From the IMG/VR virus record IMGVR_UViG_3300042114_000112, positions 1-49,533 of that record: 49,533 nucleotides of DNA; one strand, given 5' to 3'. Shown piece by piece: positions 36,513-43,553 of the stretch. Below the pieces are notes generated by a model. That model saw only the letters and a program-made list of their open reading frames with translations, was not told where the DNA came from and did no database searches. Origin of the DNA: a virus. Within the stretch, counting starts at the first letter, position 1, and each line of letters opens with the position of its first letter. Position numbers and translations under genes: made by a program.

Positions 36513-36540
36513 AGCCCATCTTAAATAGTGGGCTTTATAA
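36513..36540 (+). terminator. Rho-independent terminator candidate
   Basis: AGCCCA-N10-TGGGCT followed by TTTATAA. Confidence 0.5.
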
Positions 36541-36583
36541 AGTTTATGTAAAAAGTAAACTAAATAAAAAAGTGGAGTTTAAA

Positions 36584-36754
36584 ATGATTTTAAATCATAA
36601 AAAAGAAAATTTGATGGATTTATCTATCTTATTCGTTATCGTGCTAAATTTAATATTATTAGGTTTGGTGGAGTTTGGAACTGTTGAAAGTGGGATTATT
36701 GTATTTAACTTTGTAGCTGCTTTTATTGTGGCTATGAAAAAAGATATTATTTAA
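36584..36754 (+). CDS. Small membrane protein (56 aa from the ATG at 36584)
   Basis: GGAG lies 7 nt before the ATG. Two hydrophobic segments. Confidence 0.5.
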   Translation: MILNHKKENLMDLSILFVIVLNLILLGLVEFGTVESGIIVFNFVAAFIVAMKKDII

Positions 36755-36764
36755 AGGGTAAATT

Positions 36765-36953
36765 ATGGCTAATTATAAAAGAAAAACTAAAGACGAATTT
36801 GTTTTATTGATTAATTATGGATGGGGCGATGGATGGGAACAGGAAACAGTCGAGGAAAGCTATAAAGAGATAAAAGAAAGACTTAAAGAATATAGATTGA
36901 ATTGTCCTCAATATGTAGTTAGATATAAAAAAAGAAGGGTTAAGTTATGTTAG
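36765..36953 (+). CDS. Hypothetical protein (62 aa)
   Basis: Track ORF. Confidence 0.5.
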   Translation: MANYKRKTKDEFVLLINYGWGDGWEQETVEESYKEIKERLKEYRLNCPQYVVRYKKRRVKLC

Positions 36954-37273
36954 TAACTCAAAAAACAATAGACAAACACATAGCAAAAAAGGTTAGTAAA
37001 GTAAATAAAGTACGATACAAAAAAATATCTCAAGATATTTTGGAAGTAGCGGAGATAGTCAAAGAGATTGATAATATTGATAATAAGGTGGATAAAATGG
37101 ATGATAGAATTCTAAAAATTGTTAATGAGTTAAATATCATTAAAGACGAAATACGAGATATAACAAACGAAATTAAGGATTATAAAGAATCTTCTTATTT
37201 TAGTTTTGGAGTTGATAAAACAGATGAGCTTATCAATCATTTACTTATTTTTAAAGATAGATTTAATAAATAA
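36947..37273 (+). CDS. Coiled-coil protein (108 aa)
   Basis: Track ORF. Confidence 0.5.
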   Translation: MLVTQKTIDKHIAKKVSKVNKVRYKKISQDILEVAEIVKEIDNIDNKVDKMDDRILKIVNELNIIKDEIRDITNEIKDYKESSYFSFGVDKTDELINHLLIFKDRFNK

Positions 37274-37308
37274 GTATTAGTAACTGTTGCACTTACACTT
37301 TTGTAGTA

Positions 37309-37338
37309 TAGTTGTTAGTGTCACCAAATTTAGAAAAT
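37309..37338 (+). promoter_or_regulatory. Early-promoter-like cassette, copy a (degenerate half-copy at 37281..37298)
   Basis: TAGTTGTTAGTGTCACCAAATTTAGAAAAT lies about 25 nt before the next start codon. Confidence 0.4.
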
Positions 37339-37362
37339 TGAAAAAGAAATGGAGAAAATAAG

Positions 37363-37569
37363 ATGGAAAATACCTTAAGAATAAAAGGAACTGAATCCGA
37401 AATGGTTGAATTATTTAATAATTCAAATTTTATTAGTATTAGATTTTATCAACTAATAAAACTAAATACTTACAATGTAGTAATCCGACATAATGAAGAT
37501 ATTGAAAAACAAATTTTATCTTCAAAAACAGTTAAAAGGTTATTAGAAATAAATAAAGAAGGAAAATAA
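37363..37569 (+). CDS. Hypothetical protein (68 aa)
   Basis: Track ORF with GGAGAA upstream. Confidence 0.5.
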   Translation: MENTLRIKGTESEMVELFNNSNFISIRFYQLIKLNTYNVVIRHNEDIEKQILSSKTVKRLLEINKEGK

Positions 37570-37570
37570 A

Positions 37571-37792
37571 ATGGCAAGAGTATATAAAAATATTATATCT
37601 TTGGAGAAAGCTATAATTAAAAAAGAGGAAGCTTTAAGAGTTGAAAGAAATAAAAAAACTTCTCAATTTGGAAATATTGGATTTGGTCACTCAATGAGAT
37701 GCACAAAAATAAATATCTCTTTTAGTAGGGAAGATAAGTTAAGGGATGATTTAAGAGACTTATATATCCAAAAGGATATTTTAACAAAATGA
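37571..37792 (+). CDS. Hypothetical protein (73 aa)
   Basis: Track ORF. Confidence 0.5.
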   Translation: MARVYKNIISLEKAIIKKEEALRVERNKKTSQFGNIGFGHSMRCTKINISFSREDKLRDDLRDLYIQKDILTK

Positions 37793-38091
37793 ATAGAAAA
37801 GTATTAAAAGACTTTGTTGGTAGCAAATTAAGTTTTGTTGCTACATATAGAAAGACTACTGTTTCGAGTGGGTATGCAAAAAGCAAAATGATTTTATTGG
37901 AAGATATAAGCTCATTAAGTTTTGATGATGTTATTTCGCATATGTGGATTAATGATAGCCATAGGTTTAAAAGTTTAAATTTTTTTACTGGGGATAAGAT
38001 AAGTTTTGATGCACAAATTGGAACTTATATAGGTTTGAAGCTTGAAACAAAGTACAGGCTGCATAAAGTTAGAAACATTAAAAAGTTGTAG
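37789..38091 (+). CDS. Hypothetical protein (100 aa)
   Basis: Track ORF, ATGA-coupled. Confidence 0.5.
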   Translation: MNRKVLKDFVGSKLSFVATYRKTTVSSGYAKSKMILLEDISSLSFDDVISHMWINDSHRFKSLNFFTGDKISFDAQIGTYIGLKLETKYRLHKVRNIKKL

Positions 38092-38119
38092 TGGAATATC
38101 CCACCAATTTTTGAAAAAT
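38084..38119 (+). promoter_or_regulatory. Early-promoter-like cassette, copy b
   Basis: AGTTGTAGTGGAATATCCCACCAATTTTTGAAAAAT. The upstream gene's stop codon is inside it. Confidence 0.4.
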
Positions 38120-38143
38120 GAAAATAAAAAAGGAAAAAATATT

Positions 38144-38329
38144 ATGAAAAGTACAAAAATTAAAAACTTAAAAATAGGCGATTATGTTTTAATTGAATAT
38201 AAATTGCATGGTGAAGAGATTGGTAAAATTATTGCAAAAAGAGAAGGATTAGCATTAAAGCTTTTTGATGGCTCAGTATTTGATACAACAGATACAAATA
38301 TTAGATTTATTAAAAAAATAAAACTTTAA
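38144..38329 (+). CDS. Hypothetical protein (61 aa from the ATG at 38144)
   Basis: The track start at 38042 would read through cassette b. The ATG at 38144 has AAAGGAAAA upstream. Confidence 0.5.
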   Translation: MKSTKIKNLKIGDYVLIEYKLHGEEIGKIIAKREGLALKLFDGSVFDTTDTNIRFIKKIKL

Positions 38330-38342
38330 TAAAGTGGAAAAA

Positions 38343-38684
38343 ATGGAAAATATACCAATTTATAAAGCAAAAAAGATAAATAGTGATGAGCATATACAAG
38401 GATTTTTATTTTATTCAAAAAATGGTTATGCAATTCAATATGTAAATGAAATAAAAAACGATGGAATTTCAATAAGTCCAATTAAAGATTCAATAATTGA
38501 TGTATCAACATTAGAAATATCGGATGGTTTAAAATTTAGAAAATTATCTGAATGTAATTTTAGAACTGATTATGAAATGGATATGCACAATTATAATGGA
38601 TACAGTAATGGATGGAATAATGCTTTATCACAAGACGGAACTCATCCATGCAAAGTTGCCGAGCAAATTATGAACAACAAATAG
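38343..38684 (+). CDS. Hypothetical protein (113 aa; GTG at 38334 is an alternative start)
   Basis: Track ORF. Confidence 0.5.
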   Translation: MENIPIYKAKKINSDEHIQGFLFYSKNGYAIQYVNEIKNDGISISPIKDSIIDVSTLEISDGLKFRKLSECNFRTDYEMDMHNYNGYSNGWNNALSQDGTHPCKVAEQIMNNK

Positions 38685-38731
38685 AAATACAAGAAAGTTA
38701 TAGCTATAAGTCATACATAGCTAATAAGTCG

Positions 38732-38765
38732 TAGTTGCACTAGCCACCACTTTGAAAAAAATGAA
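38732..38765 (+). promoter_or_regulatory. Early-promoter-like cassette, copy c
   Basis: TAGTTGCACTAGCCACCACTTTGAAAAAAATGAA, followed by ATTAAAATAAGGAAGATAAGATG. Confidence 0.45.
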
Positions 38766-38785
38766 ATTAAAATAAGGAAGATAAG

Positions 38786-39076
38786 ATGAAAAAAGATATA
38801 ACCAGAGTATATTTAGATAACTTAGTACGAAGAAGTGATATTGAAAAAAATATTATTGACAAGGATTGGATAGAGCGAAAATTTTATTCTTATAAAAATG
38901 AAATTATAAAATTAAATCAAATTGATAAAGAAAAATTTGAAAATATACTAAGAGAAAGTTATAAAAATAAAACTATAACTTTTATTAGTGCAGAATCAAT
39001 AAAAAATACTTTCAATGGTTATCAAGATGTTGTAATAAACTTTGAAGCAGACGAAGATTGTTATGATATTTGTTGA
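38786..39076 (+). CDS. Hypothetical protein (96 aa)
   Basis: Track ORF. Its 5' leader AAAATAAGGAAGATAAGATG is identical to that of the gene at 39161. Confidence 0.55.
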   Translation: MKKDITRVYLDNLVRRSDIEKNIIDKDWIERKFYSYKNEIIKLNQIDKEKFENILRESYKNKTITFISAESIKNTFNGYQDVVINFEADEDCYDIC

Positions 39077-39106
39077 TTTAATATCATAAAAAAAGATAAA
39101 AGTGTC

Positions 39107-39137
39107 TAGTTGCGACTGCGACTAATTTTTAGAAAAT
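39107..39137 (+). promoter_or_regulatory. Early-promoter-like cassette, copy d
   Basis: TAGTTGCGACTGCGACTAATTTTTAGAAAAT, followed by AAAATTAAAATAAGGAAGATAAGATG. Confidence 0.45.
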
Positions 39138-39160
39138 AAAATTAAAATAAGGAAGATAAG

Positions 39161-39358
39161 ATGGAAAAAAATTATGAATTTATAGAAGATAAAATGGATA
39201 AAGCTTATGATAAAAATGGAGTTGAAATAACTCAAGGTATGACTATAAACAATGGTATAAAAAATGTTTTTGTAACTGCTGATATAGCTAGTGTATTACA
39301 ACCATTTTTTAGAACTGGTAAATTTTCTATTAGATACAATTATTTAGAGATTGTTTAG
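39161..39358 (+). CDS. Hypothetical protein (65 aa)
   Basis: Track ORF. Confidence 0.55.
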   Translation: MEKNYEFIEDKMDKAYDKNGVEITQGMTINNGIKNVFVTADIASVLQPFFRTGKFSIRYNYLEIV

Positions 39359-39359
39359 T

Positions 39360-39563
39360 ATGAGAAGAGAAATAATAATAAATGATATAAAATACTCTTT
39401 TGATTGTATTTTTGTTACAAAAAGAGGATTTAAAAATAATATTGGAGTACATTGTCAATTACAAGTTTTTAAAGAAGGTTATCAACTTGACAAAAATGAA
39501 ATTGGAAGTTATGCTATGGAAAAAATAGAACAATACATAATGGAAATAATAAATAATGTATAG
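39360..39563 (+). CDS. Hypothetical protein (67 aa from the ATG at 39360)
   Basis: The ATG lies 1 nt after the upstream stop. The track TTG start at 39351 overlaps the upstream gene. Confidence 0.5.
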   Translation: MRREIIINDIKYSFDCIFVTKRGFKNNIGVHCQLQVFKEGYQLDKNEIGSYAMEKIEQYIMEIINNV

Positions 39564-39590
39564 TTGCATGTCACACCAATTTTTTAGAAT
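39561..39590 (+). promoter_or_regulatory. Early-promoter-like cassette, copy e
   Basis: TAGTTGCATGTCACACCAATTTTTTAGAAT. The leading TAG is the upstream stop codon. TTGCAT-N15-TAGAAT resembles sigma-70 -35/-10 elements. Confidence 0.45.
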
Positions 39591-39614
39591 TGAAATTAAA
39601 TTTAGGAGGTATTA

Positions 39615-40019
39615 TTGTATAGCAAAGAGGAACAGTTGAGGAAAAACGGAAATGTTAAAAAGGTTTCGACTTTTGGAAAGAAAAAATATAGCATAAATAA
39701 AAAAAGTGTTAAAAGTTTGGTTTCAAAAGAAGATAAAGAGTATTTGGAGTGGTTGCATCAAAGAGATGGTATAGTATGCTTTGTATGTGGTAAAAACAAT
39801 ACCTTTGATGGTATTGAGTGGCATCATGTAAAAATGAGAAGTATTGATAAAAAAGACCATACAAGGCTTATACCTCTTTGTGGTAGTTTACATCATAGAA
39901 ATGGAGATTTATCTCCTCACGGTAATGCTAAGAAGTGGAAAGATACTTTTAGCTTAGAGTTGCAGCTGGAATATGCTGAAAAGATTTATAATGAATATTT
40001 AGGAGAAAAAAATGAATGA
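39615..40019 (+). CDS. DUF968/NinG-like HNH-type zinc-binding protein (TTG start)
   Basis: AGGAGG lies 5 nt before the TTG. YLEWLHQRDGIVCFVCGK...IEWHHV...DHTRLIPLCGSLHHRNGDLSPHG matches the recalled CxxC...HH...PLC..HH pattern. Confidence 0.5.
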   Translation: MYSKEEQLRKNGNVKKVSTFGKKKYSINKKSVKSLVSKEDKEYLEWLHQRDGIVCFVCGKNNTFDGIEWHHVKMRSIDKKDHTRLIPLCGSLHHRNGDLSPHGNAKKWKDTFSLELQLEYAEKIYNEYLGEKNE

Positions 40020-40203
40020 ATTTAGAGAAGAAGTATCTTGTATGAGATGTAAATTAGAATGTAAGTGTAAGCTTGTAGAACTTGTAAGAGAACAAACTGG
40101 ATTAAGGTCAAGAGAAATGTGTTTCTATTGTTTTGTTCCTAAAGATTTAGTTATAAAAGATAGTTTTAATAATAATCAAAATTGTACAATAAAAATAGGA
40201 TAA
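40012..40203 (+). CDS. Cys-rich small protein (63 aa)
   Basis: Track ORF with CMRCKLECKC...CFYC. Confidence 0.5.
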   Translation: MNEFREEVSCMRCKLECKCKLVELVREQTGLRSREMCFYCFVPKDLVIKDSFNNNQNCTIKIG

Positions 40204-40213
40204 AGGGAAAAAT

Positions 40214-40699
40214 ATGTATAACAAAGTAATTTTAATTGGAAATTTAACAAGGGATATAGAGTTAAGATATATTCCATCTGGTGCTGCGATTGGAAAAAGT
40301 GCTATAGCTACATCGCATAAGTTTAAAGCTCAAGATGGAAGCATAAAAGAAGAGATTTGTTTTTTAGATTTTAATGTTTTTGGTAAACCTGCTGAAACAA
40401 TAAATCAGTATTGTAAAAAAGGTTCAAAAGTTATGCTTGAAGGTCGTTTAGTTTTAGAAAGTTGGACTGCACAAGATGGAACATCTAGAAGCAAACATAG
40501 TTTAAGAGTTGAAACTTTTAAGTTTTTAGATGTACAACAAAAAGTACAAGAACAACAAATGCAACCTATGAACTATCAGAAATCAAATAATGGCACAGGT
40601 GGACAAACACATCAAGAGTATGCAAATCAACAACCATCAATGGACGATAATATTCCTGTTATAAATGTTGATGTGGATGGTGACGAAATCCAATTTTAG
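40214..40699 (+). CDS. ssb: Single-stranded DNA-binding protein
   Basis: MYNKVILIGNLTRDIELRY...FLDFNVFGKPAE...KGSKVMLEGRL forms the OB fold. A Gln-rich linker and an acidic C-terminal tip (DGDEIQF) follow. Confidence 0.9.
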   Translation: MYNKVILIGNLTRDIELRYIPSGAAIGKSAIATSHKFKAQDGSIKEEICFLDFNVFGKPAETINQYCKKGSKVMLEGRLVLESWTAQDGTSRSKHSLRVETFKFLDVQQKVQEQQMQPMNYQKSNNGTGGQTHQEYANQQPSMDDNIPVINVDVDGDEIQF

Positions 40700-40702
40700 T
40701 CA

Positions 40703-40758
40703 TAGTTGCAAGTGCCACCAAATTTTATAGTTGCACTTGCCACCATTTTTTTAGAAAT
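40703..40758 (+). promoter_or_regulatory. Early-promoter-like cassette, tandem copies f1 (40703..40727) and f2 (40728..40758)
   Basis: TAGTTGCAAGTGCCACCAAATTTTA followed by TAGTTGCACTTGCCACCATTTTTTTAGAAAT. Confidence 0.45.
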
Positions 40759-40769
40759 GAAAATTAAAA

Positions 40770-40789
40770 TAGTAATATATACTGAAAGG
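40770..40789 (+). repeat. Gene-junction repeat, copy 1 (TAGTAATATATACTGAAAGG)
   Basis: Degenerate member of the TAGTATAGATATACTGAAAGG family. Confidence 0.7.
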
Positions 40790-40797
40790 ATGAGAAG

Positions 40798-41517
40798 ATT
40801 AAAGAATATATTATCGCAATACCTATTACAAATAGGTATCATAAAAAATACGGAGAAGATGTAAAGATATATGCGGTTTGCAGAATTACAAATGCCAAGA
40901 TTGCCTTTATAAGAGAAATAGATGATGGGGAAAGTTATATAGATTTATCCTATGTGGTAATTGGTTATATATCAGAACATAACGCAAAAAAACATGGAGT
41001 TTCTACTGGAAGATTGATGCCATTTGGAAAAATAGCAAACAAGTATCACTTTGCCGATATGATGAAGGCAAACAATGGGAAACATATTTTGTCTGATATT
41101 ATGTTTAGCCACAAAGAACATGAGCTCTGCAGTTTCGACATAGGTGATTGTAGATATATTAGAATTCCTTACATTTCTGGTATAGATTCTATTATTATCT
41201 CTATCAACAGTGAAGTATTTAATACCATCTATGTCCCCGAAACAAACTTAAAAAGAAAAACCTATTTTTTAGAATGTATCTTTAGAAGCTTTTATGAAGA
41301 TGGAGTAATTATAGAAAATAAAAAATATAAAGTAACCAAAGGTAAATATGTTTTTTCTAATAAAAAAATTGATAGTATTTGCTTGTTTGGTGACACTATT
41401 AAATTAGACGAAGTTTATCGTTATGAATTTAAAGATTATCCGTTTCCATCTTGTTTTATTTATAGCTTCAATGATGATTCAAAAATTTCTATAAAAAACA
41501 TAAACAAAATAGTATAG
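40798..41517 (+). CDS. Hypothetical protein, probably 239 aa with a non-canonical ATT start (track ORF starts at the GTG at 40954)
   Basis: The frame is open from the TGA at 40783. The 52 codons upstream of the GTG read as normal protein (KEYIIAIPITNRYHKKYGEDVKIYAVCRITNAKIAFIREIDDGESYIDLSY). ATT lies 8 nt after GAAAGG, the same spacing as the ATG in the sister cassettes. Confidence 0.45.
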   Translation: MKEYIIAIPITNRYHKKYGEDVKIYAVCRITNAKIAFIREIDDGESYIDLSYVVIGYISEHNAKKHGVSTGRLMPFGKIANKYHFADMMKANNGKHILSDIMFSHKEHELCSFDIGDCRYIRIPYISGIDSIIISINSEVFNTIYVPETNLKRKTYFLECIFRSFYEDGVIIENKKYKVTKGKYVFSNKKIDSICLFGDTIKLDEVYRYEFKDYPFPSCFIYSFNDDSKISIKNINKIV

Positions 41518-41534
41518 ATATACTATGCTGAAAG
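41510..41534 (+). repeat. Gene-junction repeat, copy 2 (TAGTATAGATATACTATGCTGAAAG)
   Basis: Contains the upstream stop codon (41515..41517) and precedes the ATG at 41544. Confidence 0.8.
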
Positions 41535-41543
41535 TAGTTGATT

Positions 41544-41708
41544 ATGACAAAAAAAGAAAAAGAAGAGTTTGATATTTTAAAAAATAAACTAAATTGTATT
41601 AAAGATCGAATTCTAAAAACAATATATAGTAGAGGAAAGAATTACTATTATGTAGATAAATATTCATTGTATTCTATTATAAAAGAAATAGAAGAAATCG
41701 TAAAATAG
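41544..41708 (+). CDS. Small hypothetical protein (54 aa)
   Basis: I translated MTKKEKEEFDILKNKLNCIKDRILKTIYSRGKNYYYVDKYSLYSIIKEIEEIVK. It is below the track cutoff and is bounded by junction repeats. Confidence 0.5.
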   Translation: MTKKEKEEFDILKNKLNCIKDRILKTIYSRGKNYYYVDKYSLYSIIKEIEEIVK

Positions 41709-41726
41709 TATAGATATATTGAAAGG
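41706..41726 (+). repeat. Gene-junction repeat, copy 3 (TAGTATAGATATATTGAAAGG)
   Basis: Its first TAG is the stop of the 54-aa ORF. GAAAGG serves as the Shine-Dalgarno for the ATG at 41735. Confidence 0.85.
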
Positions 41727-41734
41727 AGTCTAGT

Positions 41735-41887
41735 ATGGAAATATTTCTTATTACAGTTGTTATTTCATATGTTCTTCTTGATGCTTTTATTATTCCAAAA
41801 ATAGAGCAAAAGAAAGAAGATGAAAAATGGGAAAAGATACTGAGTGAATATAATAAAACTGCTTTAGTAAAAGCAAAATTAGTATAG
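41735..41887 (+). CDS. Small membrane protein (50 aa)
   Basis: I translated MEIFLITVVISYVLLDAFIIPKIEQKKEDEKWEKILSEYNKTALVKAKLV. It has an N-terminal TM segment. Confidence 0.5.
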   Translation: MEIFLITVVISYVLLDAFIIPKIEQKKEDEKWEKILSEYNKTALVKAKLV

Positions 41888-41900
41888 ATATACTGAAAGG
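41880..41900 (+). repeat. Gene-junction repeat, copy 4 (TAGTATAGATATACTGAAAGG)
   Basis: Contains the stop at 41885..41887 and the Shine-Dalgarno for the ATG at 41910. Confidence 0.85.
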
Positions 41901-41909
41901 CGTAAGAAT

Positions 41910-42182
41910 ATGAAAAAACTAATGTTATTATTATCACTTGTGGTAGTTTTAAGTGCTGAAAGTGTGTGTCAATATACACTTAAAGAGGGAAAAAAGAACT
42001 TAGATAGTGCAAGACTACATGATGATAGTGGAAATAGATATATTGCTTGTTACTATATGGAAATTGCAGAGTATTGGTATATTCAGTCAAGTGTTGAGTG
42101 TGAAGAGCCAATTTTGCCTTATGCAAAAAAGTTTTTAGACTTAATCCAAAAAGGAAAAAGATTGTATGGATGTGAAAAATAA
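41910..42182 (+). CDS. Secreted small Cys-containing protein (90 aa)
   Basis: Signal peptide MKKLMLLLSLVVVLSA|ES. Confidence 0.55.
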   Translation: MKKLMLLLSLVVVLSAESVCQYTLKEGKKNLDSARLHDDSGNRYIACYYMEIAEYWYIQSSVECEEPILPYAKKFLDLIQKGKRLYGCEK

Positions 42183-42209
42183 GTTTACTTTTGATACAAT
42201 TTTGCTTTA

Positions 42210-42244
42210 AACAACGATTCGACTAAAAATCATCGTTGTTTTAT
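42210..42244 (+). terminator. Rho-independent terminator
   Basis: AACAACGAT-N13-ATCGTTGTT followed by TTAT. The 9-bp stem is perfect. Confidence 0.7.
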
Positions 42245-42269
42245 GAGCTTTTTAAAAGATAGGTTTTTC

Positions 42270-42320
42270 GTCCAGACTCTCCTATCTCTTAAAGGGCTTT
42301 GCCGAGAAAAGAGTCTGGAC
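42270..42320. promoter_or_regulatory. Long dyad GTCCAGACTCT-N29-AGAGTCTGGAC upstream of the replication genes
   Basis: Perfect 11-bp arms, locally GC-rich. The loop can form further pairs (TCTC/GAGA, GGC/GCC). Confidence 0.5.
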
Positions 42321-42363
42321 AACTTCTTTAAACTCCCCTAAATACATCGTTCCTAAAGATAAA

Positions 42364-42624
42364 ATGGATAATAAAATTGAAATTTCAAAAAATTTTATTT
42401 GTGATAATAGAATATCATTAAAGGCAAAAGGCTTATTTTTATATATGCTAACTTTTGGAAAAGAAAATACTAAAACATTACAAATGTTAGCAAATGAAAA
42501 TAAATGTGGAATTGATTATGTTTTATCAGGTATGGTTGAACTTAAAAAGTTTGGATATGTTACATATTTAAAAAATAAAGATGGAACTCATAAATATATT
42601 TTAAATATAGAGGAGTATTTATGA
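42364..42624 (+). CDS. Winged-HTH protein (86 aa), replication-module partner
   Basis: ISLKAKGLFLYMLTF...LANENKCGIDYVLSGMVELKKFGYV resembles the N-terminus of the next gene (HTH_36-like). ATGA-coupled. Confidence 0.5.
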   Translation: MDNKIEISKNFICDNRISLKAKGLFLYMLTFGKENTKTLQMLANENKCGIDYVLSGMVELKKFGYVTYLKNKDGTHKYILNIEEYL

Positions 42625-43553
42625 GCTTAAAACAAATGACTTATGTTTTTGATGATAAAACATTAAAGCCTGTACAGAAACTTATTATGTTAGCACTTGC
42701 TGATAATGCAAATAATGAGGGTGTATGTTTTCCATCTTGGAACACAATTATAGAAAAAACTGGAATATCAAGAGGTTCACTATCTGCAAACATATCTATT
42801 TTAGAACAAAAAAGATATTTACTTAAAAAAAATAGGAATAGAAAATCTGGAGGAAGAACATCAAATAAATATTTGCTATATCCATCAATAAATGCTGAAA
42901 AATTAGATGAAGATGATTATAATATTTTTGAAGATTTATTAAGCCAAAGTACGGGAGATGAACTACTAAAACAAAAAACTCAAAGTACGGTAGATGAACT
43001 AGGTCTATATACCCAAAGTACGGGAGATGAACTAGAATGTGAACCGTCACTTATTTTTAATGAACCGTCACTTAAAAAAGTAAACCAAAAAAAACCTCAT
43101 CAAACCTCATCAAATACTGATAATCCTACCTCATCAAAAAATAACGATGATGATTTAGAAATTGAAGTCATAGATGAAGATAGTCAAGTAAATGAAATTC
43201 AAATATCAAAAACATACGATGAAGCAAAAGAGGTAGCAGATTACCTCTTAGCTAAGATTTTAAACTTCAATCCTACATTCAAGAGAGAAAACAAGTCTTG
43301 GATACGAGATATTGAGTTAGCTATTAGGCTAGATGGACGAGATAAGAAAAGTTTGATGAATTGTATTGATTGGATGTATTCGTCTGATAAAGGTCGTTTT
43401 TGGATTGCTAATGTGCTATCAGGTAAAAAGCTTAGAGAGAAGTTTGATACTATGAATACTCAAGCTATGAGTTTTACTGGTACAAATGGGTTGGGTTATG
43501 ATGTTACTAAATTTGTTATTGATTTATGTAGAGATGATGGAGGTGTAAAATGA
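42621..43553 (+). CDS. Replication initiator / replisome organiser (N-terminal wHTH, iteron-containing linker, C-terminal FW..N..SGKKLREKFD domain)
   Basis: LKPVQKLIMLALADNANNEGVCFPSWNTIIEKTGISRGSLSANISILEQKRYL. Internal DNA repeats, as in lambda O. Confidence 0.65.
   Translation: MSLKQMTYVFDDKTLKPVQKLIMLALADNANNEGVCFPSWNTIIEKTGISRGSLSANISILEQKRYLLKKNRNRKSGGRTSNKYLLYPSINAEKLDEDDYNIFEDLLSQSTGDELLKQKTQSTVDELGLYTQSTGDELECEPSLIFNEPSLKKVNQKKPHQTSSNTDNPTSSKNNDDDLEIEVIDEDSQVNEIQISKTYDEAKEVADYLLAKILNFNPTFKRENKSWIRDIELAIRLDGRDKKSLMNCIDWMYSSDKGRFWIANVLSGKKLREKFDTMNTQAMSFTGTNGLGYDVTKFVIDLCRDDGGVK
42944..43138. repeat. Putative origin: three iteron families inside the initiator gene
   Basis: CAAAGTACGG(G/T)AGATGAACTA occurs three times (42944..42965, 42981..43001, 43013..43034). 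TGAACCGTCACTTA occurs twice (43040..43053, 43061..43074; 21-bp period). ACCTCATCAAA occurs three times (43094.., 43104.., 43128..). Confidence 0.7.

Noticed and set aside
37281-40758. CRISPR array as an explanation for the recurring TAGTTGCA...CCACCA motif.
   Set aside because: The repeats are imperfect and irregularly spaced (about 0.4 to 1.1 kb). The 'spacers' are complete protein-coding genes with Shine-Dalgarno sequences. No cas genes are present.
40843-40849. -1 frameshift on A AAA AAT from the short ATG frame (40790) into the long 40954 frame.
   Set aside because: It is formally possible. However, the ATG at 40790 has no spacer from its Shine-Dalgarno, whereas an ATT at the cassette-typical spacing is already in the long frame, so a non-canonical start is the simpler explanation. 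It is kept as an alternative in the finding.
41677-41979. Minus-strand 100-aa ORF spanning the junction-repeat region.
   Set aside because: It runs antisense across three plus-strand genes that have their own Shine-Dalgarno plus ATG and repeat-defined boundaries. It is the only minus-strand call in a 14-kb plus-strand array.
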